Below, piece by piece: positions 59,538 through 64,000 of a stretch of DNA of 64,000 bases. The DNA is from Nitrospiraceae bacterium (GTDB lineage: Bacteria; Nitrospirota; Nitrospiria; Nitrospirales; Nitrospiraceae), in NCBI GenBank assembly GCA_037442105.1, contig JBBIQV010000003.1:63670-127669 (forward strand), given 5' to 3'. The translations under genes were made by a program, and so were the position numbers. The notes beneath the pieces are model-generated. The model searched no databases and was not told the DNA's origin. It was given only the letters and a program-made list of their open reading frames with translations. How positions within the stretch are numbered: position 1 is the first letter of the stretch; each line of letters opens with the position of its first letter.

Positions 59538-60206
59538 TTACACCGGCCACTTTTCCTCGTTCCAGGCCATCTCCCAGAACATCCACTCGTAGCGCGAGCT
59601 GATGACGAAAGAGTCCTCCATGCGGCGGCGCTCATCCCGTCCGGCGTGCTTGGCCCACTCATCCACTTTCTTCCGCATCCACCTCTGGACTTCGGCGAAT
59701 TCGGGCGAGGCATAGAGCATCAGCCAATCGCGGTAGGGATGGTGTTTCGGCGGGGGGCCGTTCTTTAAGAAGTGTTGCCCGACCACACAGTAGATCCAGG
59801 CGCAGGGCAGGGCGACGACGGTGATCTCCGCAGCCGATCCGCTTTGCGCCACCGCCAGCAGGTGTCTGGTGTAGGCATAGTTCGTCGGGGCCATCGGCAC
59901 GGACGTCATCTGCCGTGGGGTCATCTTCCAGCGTTTACCATAGCTCTCGTGCAGGCTCCGTTCGACCGTGATGGTTTCTTCTGCGAGCTTGGCAAAACGC
60001 AGCACGGAGTCGGAGTCCGGCGCTTTCTGCGCGCCGGCGGCAAACACGCGGGAGAGATCGCCGAGAAACCGCGCGTCTTGCAAGATGTAGTACTTGAACT
60101 TCCGTTCGGGGAGGGTTCCCTTGCCGAGCGCAAGAACGAACGGGTGCTTGAGTTGGGCATCCCAAATCGGTTTCGCAAGCGTGTGAAGATGATCGGAAAA
60201 CGGCAT
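59538..60206 (-). CDS. tenA: Thiaminase II / aminopyrimidine aminohydrolase
   Basis: HPFV, YILQD, YT-HL, LPCAWIY, Y-DW-Y, YEWMFW. Confidence 0.93.
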   Translation of the reverse strand: MPFSDHLHTLAKPIWDAQLKHPFVLALGKGTLPERKFKYYILQDARFLGDLSRVFAAGAQKAPDSDSVLRFAKLAEETITVERSLHESYGKRWKMTPRQMTSVPMAPTNYAYTRHLLAVAQSGSAAEITVVALPCAWIYCVVGQHFLKNGPPPKHHPYRDWLMLYASPEFAEVQRWMRKKVDEWAKHAGRDERRRMEDSFVISSRYEWMFWEMAWNEEKWPV

Positions 60207-60223
60207 TGGGGTTCTTTGTGAGG

Positions 60224-60889
60224 TTAGCTGGCGGTCACGAGGGATCGGGCGAACTGGAAAGCGGCCTCCATATCGGGAAGTTCAGCCAGCTCCGGCGTGA
60301 TCTGAAGGTAACGGACGGCGTTATGCGCATCCACGACCATGATGGCTCGCGCAAGGATGTGAGGATCTTTCAAGAACAGGCCATGAGCCTTGCCGAACTC
60401 CCCGCCGCGGTAATCGGATAGAAAGGTCATGTTCTTGATCTTTGCCCCTTCGGCGAACCGCTTTTGGGCGAAGGGTGTGTCGACGCTGATGGTGATGAGC
60501 TCCACCATCCTGTCGAGGCCTTTGTTTTTCTCGCTGAGAACGTGCGTCTGCTGCTCGCAGACTTTCGTGTCAAGCGAAGGCACGACGCTGATGATCCGCA
60601 CCTTCCCTTTACCTTTCGTATCGTTGACGTTGACCAGCGACAGATCAAATTGTGCGAGCTTGACGTCCCGCACGGTGTCTCCGACCTTGATACCAGTGCC
60701 GGCCAGCGCAAGCGGGGTGCCTTTGGAGAGTACGGTGTTGCCTTCGCCGGCCACGGCGGTGCCGGTTGCGATCGGTAAGTTTTTGTACAGGAAACCGGAC
60801 TCCGCGGACTGTCCCATGCCGGCGCAGCCGGCGAAGACGACGGCGAAGAACATCAACGCGCGAGATTGCATCTGACTCAATCTATTCAT
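60224..60889 (-). CDS. tpx: Thiol peroxidase (Tpx-type peroxiredoxin) with lipoprotein signal
   Basis: FAGC lipobox; VPSLDTKVC, SVDTPFAQKRF, LARA. Confidence 0.8.
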   Translation of the reverse strand: MNRLSQMQSRALMFFAVVFAGCAGMGQSAESGFLYKNLPIATGTAVAGEGNTVLSKGTPLALAGTGIKVGDTVRDVKLAQFDLSLVNVNDTKGKGKVRIISVVPSLDTKVCEQQTHVLSEKNKGLDRMVELITISVDTPFAQKRFAEGAKIKNMTFLSDYRGGEFGKAHGLFLKDPHILARAIMVVDAHNAVRYLQITPELAELPDMEAAFQFARSLVTAS

Positions 60890-60965
60890 GAAGTCCTCCC
60901 GGATGAACCACGCCGGCAGCGTGGCGCGGCCGTATGAATTGTATAGGAGTGTGGATGCATCTCTG

Positions 60966-61937
60966 TCAATGTTCGAGAAACCGCAGGATGAAAGAGTTCA
61001 CGAGTTCCGGCTGTTCCCATTGCGGAATGTGGCCTGCCTTGGGGATCAGTGCCAAGGTTGAACCGGGAATCGCTCCCTGTACATCACGACCGACCTGGAC
61101 GGGAAACACGCGATCTTCTTCGCCCCACAGGATCATAGTCCGCCGGCGAATCTCCCCCAAACGCTTCGCATAACCCTCTTCCCACAACGGCACGTTTCGA
61201 CTCACGGCCAGGATCGGCGGGATGAGGCCGGGACGCCGGCGGTTGCGGTTCGACCGTTCCAGTACGGCCGGCGTGAGCCGGCTGTGGTCGTACACAATCT
61301 CCTTAAGCACCGATTCCATCGTGGTCCTGCCGAAGAGCCAGTTTCCGAGCGTGACGAGCCAGGCTGGCGCGCTCGTTTCGATCGCCCGCCGGATGAGCGG
61401 GCTGGTCAGTCTTTCCGCGATCCGATCCGGAAGGCCATCGATCAAGATGAGCCGATCGACGCGTTCCGGGTGTGAGAGCGCCATGCCGATCGCCAGGCCG
61501 GCTCCCATCGAGTTTCCAACGAGGGTGGCCTGTGTGATGCCAAGCGCGTCCATGAATCCGTGAAACGATGAGATGAGTTGGTCGGGGCGGTATTCGATAT
61601 CCGGCTTGTCCGACAGTCCTGAGCCGAGCAGATCCGGCGTGATGACGCGGTGGCGGGCTGCCAGTGCCGCCTGTTGATATTCCCATTGCCACATGGACCC
61701 CCCGAAGCCGTGGATCAAAATGACCGGTGGGCCTTGGCCGGTATCCAGGTAGGCGATCCGATGACCATCGACCACGGTGGTGTGGATGGGCAATCGTTCG
61801 ATCGAGTCAAACCAGGAAGGAATGTCCGGTGAAGAGGTACAGCCGTTGATCATGCAGGCCAGGAGCAAGGGCCAAAAGCGGACATCGACGGACAGGAGAA
61901 TGTTATCCGGCCGGCTCCAATTGCACCAGGGTCTCAT
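60966..61937 (-). CDS. Alpha/beta hydrolase (start uncertain, probably downstream of 61937)
   Basis: LIHGFGG, PDLLGSG, GNSMG, WGEEDR, AGH. Confidence 0.85.
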   Translation of the reverse strand: MRPWCNWSRPDNILLSVDVRFWPLLLACMINGCTSSPDIPSWFDSIERLPIHTTVVDGHRIAYLDTGQGPPVILIHGFGGSMWQWEYQQAALAARHRVITPDLLGSGLSDKPDIEYRPDQLISSFHGFMDALGITQATLVGNSMGAGLAIGMALSHPERVDRLILIDGLPDRIAERLTSPLIRRAIETSAPAWLVTLGNWLFGRTTMESVLKEIVYDHSRLTPAVLERSNRNRRRPGLIPPILAVSRNVPLWEEGYAKRLGEIRRRTMILWGEEDRVFPVQVGRDVQGAIPGSTLALIPKAGHIPQWEQPELVNSFILRFLEH

Positions 61938-63870
61938 CGGTCTTCACGTTCTCGCCTTCAGCTACCAGGATGGTTGTGACCCGCCCGTCGATCGGAGCCG
62001 GCACGCGACTCTCCATTTTCATCGCTTCGATGATCAGCAACGGATCGCCGGATTTGACCTGGTCTCCCTGCGCGACGAGGACCTTCACGACGCGGCCCGG
62101 CATCGGCGGCGCCACGTCGCCCGGCTTGGTAGGCTTCGGCCGTTTGGGTTTGGCGCCGCCACCGGATTCCGGCGCTTCCGGCACGCCGGCGAGCACCTCT
62201 TGAATCGGCTCGAGCGTGACTTCTTCAAGTTTATCGTTGACGCGGATGTAATAGGGTTTCCGCCCGTCGGTTTTGCGGCCTGAACCGGACACCTTGACGT
62301 GATAGGTCTCGCCATGAACGGTGACGTTGAACTCCGCCGGGGCAAGATGAAGTTCATGGGCGACAGCCGGGCCTTTGGCGGTGGCCGGTTCCAGGGGTTC
62401 AGGCGTCAGGTCCCCGCGTTCGCGCGCCTCGAAGAACTCCCGTGCGATGGCGGGAAAGAGGGCGAACGACAACCGGTCTTCCACCGTCGCCGCCGACCTC
62501 GGCAGGTCTTTCCTCAGCGCCTCCAACTCCGGCTCGAGCCGGTCGGCCGGTCTGGTGCGAATCGGCTCTTCATTGCCGATGGCCCGGGCCATGATTTCCT
62601 GATCCACCGGCCCCGGTGCACGGCCGTACAGGCCGAGGAAGTAGTTTTTCGTCTCGGTCGTGATGACTTTATATCGCTCGCCGGTGAGTACGTTGAGCGT
62701 TGCCTGCGTGCCGACGATCTGGCTCGTGGGCGTGACCAGCGGCGGGTAGCCCATTTCTTTCCGGACCCGCGGTACTTCGTCCAGCACCTCTTTTATCCGT
62801 TCGAGCGCATTCTGTTCGGTGAGCTGCGCGGCGAGGTTCGAGAGCATGCCGCCGGGAATCTGCGAGGTGAGAATTTCGGCGTCCACGCCGGTGAAGTCGC
62901 TTTCAAATTGCCGGTACTTGCGACGGACGGTTCGGAAGTGCTCCGTGATCGGTCGAAAGCTTGTGAGGTCCAAGCCCGTGTCGTAGGGAGTGTCCCGCAA
63001 TGAAGCGACGAGGGTTTCCGTGGGAGGGTGGGACGTCCCGCCAGCCAGCGGGGAAATCGCCGTATCCAACATATCCAATCCGCCGAGAATGGCCATGAGC
63101 GACGCCATCGAGGCCATCCCGGACGTGTAGTGCGTGTGGAGGTGAATGGGCACCCGTACGGCGGCTTTGAGCCGGCGTACCAGCGTGTAGGCTTCCAGTG
63201 GAGCGAGGAGGCCGGCCATGTCCTTGATGCAGAGGGTGTCCGTGCCCATGTCCTCCAGTTGTTTCGCCATATCGACGAACCGGTCGATGCTGTGCACGGG
63301 GCTGACGGTATAGCTGATCGCCGCCTCGACGTGTTTGCCGCAGGTCTTCACCGCCTTCATCGCGCGGTCGAGATTGCGGACGTCATTGAGCGCATCGAAG
63401 ATGCGGAAGACATCGATGCCGTTTTCGGCGGACCGTTCGACGAACGCATCGAGCACGTCGTCCGCATAGTGCCGGTAGCCGACCAGATTTTGGCCGCGCA
63501 GCAGCATCTGCAGTTTCGTGTTCGGCATCGCTGCGCGCAAGGCACGGAGCCGCTCCCAGGGATCTTCCTTGAGGAATCGCAGGCAGGTGTCGAAGGTGGC
63601 TCCACCCCACACCTCCAAGGACCAGTAGCCGACAGCATCGAGTTTCTGCGCGATGGGCAGCATGTCTTCGGTCCGCATGCGGGTGGCGAGGAGGGACTGG
63701 TGCCCGTCGCGGAGCGCGACATCGGTGATGAGGACCTTCTTGCCGGGTGCCGGCTTGATCTCCAGTTCCGGCTTGCCCGGACGAGGGGCTCGTCGTGGAG
63801 CGCGAGTCGCGGCAGTCTTCGCGGCGCGGGCGCTTTTTGCTGCCAGAGGTTTGTTCTTCCGTGCTGCCAT
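61903..63870 (-). CDS. cfiA: 2-oxoglutarate/pyruvate carboxylase carboxyltransferase + biotin-carrier subunit (CfiA/PycB/OadA family)
   Basis: LRDGHQSL, WGGATFD, IKDMAG, HLHTH, QIPGGM, VTPTSQIVG, EAMKM. cfiA versus pycB cannot be settled without a tree. Confidence 0.8.
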   Translation of the reverse strand: MAARKNKPLAAKSARAAKTAATRAPRRAPRPGKPELEIKPAPGKKVLITDVALRDGHQSLLATRMRTEDMLPIAQKLDAVGYWSLEVWGGATFDTCLRFLKEDPWERLRALRAAMPNTKLQMLLRGQNLVGYRHYADDVLDAFVERSAENGIDVFRIFDALNDVRNLDRAMKAVKTCGKHVEAAISYTVSPVHSIDRFVDMAKQLEDMGTDTLCIKDMAGLLAPLEAYTLVRRLKAAVRVPIHLHTHYTSGMASMASLMAILGGLDMLDTAISPLAGGTSHPPTETLVASLRDTPYDTGLDLTSFRPITEHFRTVRRKYRQFESDFTGVDAEILTSQIPGGMLSNLAAQLTEQNALERIKEVLDEVPRVRKEMGYPPLVTPTSQIVGTQATLNVLTGERYKVITTETKNYFLGLYGRAPGPVDQEIMARAIGNEEPIRTRPADRLEPELEALRKDLPRSAATVEDRLSFALFPAIAREFFEARERGDLTPEPLEPATAKGPAVAHELHLAPAEFNVTVHGETYHVKVSGSGRKTDGRKPYYIRVNDKLEEVTLEPIQEVLAGVPEAPESGGGAKPKRPKPTKPGDVAPPMPGRVVKVLVAQGDQVKSGDPLLIIEAMKMESRVPAPIDGRVTTILVAEGENVKTDETLVQLEPAG

Positions 63871-63901
63871 AGGATCAGGGAATCCGGTTCACCGCGCTGG
63901 T

Positions 63902-64000
63902 TTAGAGACCTTCATAGGAAGCGATGGCCGCTGAGATGGCGAGGACCAAGTCTTCCGGCTGCTCCAGTTCGTCGTAGTTGAACAAATCCGGGTGGGTTTC
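63902..64000 (-). CDS. 3' end of the partner biotin carboxylase subunit (partial)
   Basis: Hand translation ETHPDLFNYDELEQPEDLVLAISAAIASYEGL*, a PycA/CfiB-type C-terminus, upstream of the carboxyltransferase. Confidence 0.75.
   Translation of the reverse strand, partial: ETHPDLFNYDELEQPEDLVLAISAAIASYEGL

Noticed and set aside
1..64000. tRNA, rRNA, integrase or transposase marking island borders
   Set aside because: None recognised by eye, so horizontal acquisition of the island remains an inference.

Overview
A GC-rich bacterial window from a draft assembly, with three N-gaps at 13725-13743, 33490-33589 and 49575-49610. The housekeeping genes on the right (2-oxoglutarate/pyruvate carboxylase pair, thiD, tenA, tpx, FGE-family protein) suggest Nitrospira/Nitrospirota; this is inference. 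The first ~46 kb reads as one extracellular metal-redox / electron-transfer island with five parts. (i) Secreted two-domain multicopper-oxidase (MCO) paralogs whose copper ligands are split in complementary fashion between genes, one carrying Ig-repeat + LamG tails, followed by an S8 protease and an 11-gene type II secretion cluster. (ii) A Cyc2-like cytochrome-porin in an operon with a dihaem cytochrome c and a cupredoxin-motif protein, flanked by two histidine kinases that share one sensor domain. (iii) A divergently arranged PCC3-like porin-cytochrome conduit: a 24-haem cytochrome, a His-rich inner-membrane protein, a >=12-haem repeat cytochrome and a TPR/beta-barrel protein. (iv) A complete ccmABCDEFGHI operon with a hairpin MITE at the ccmB stop codon. 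(v) A membrane-anchored 2x[Fe-S]/FAD oxidoreductase. The remaining ~18 kb is mostly housekeeping, plus a frameshifted cheY, a putative nucleotidyltransferase toxin-antitoxin pair and a hairpin-rich intergenic region. All calls come from reading motifs; no database search was run.
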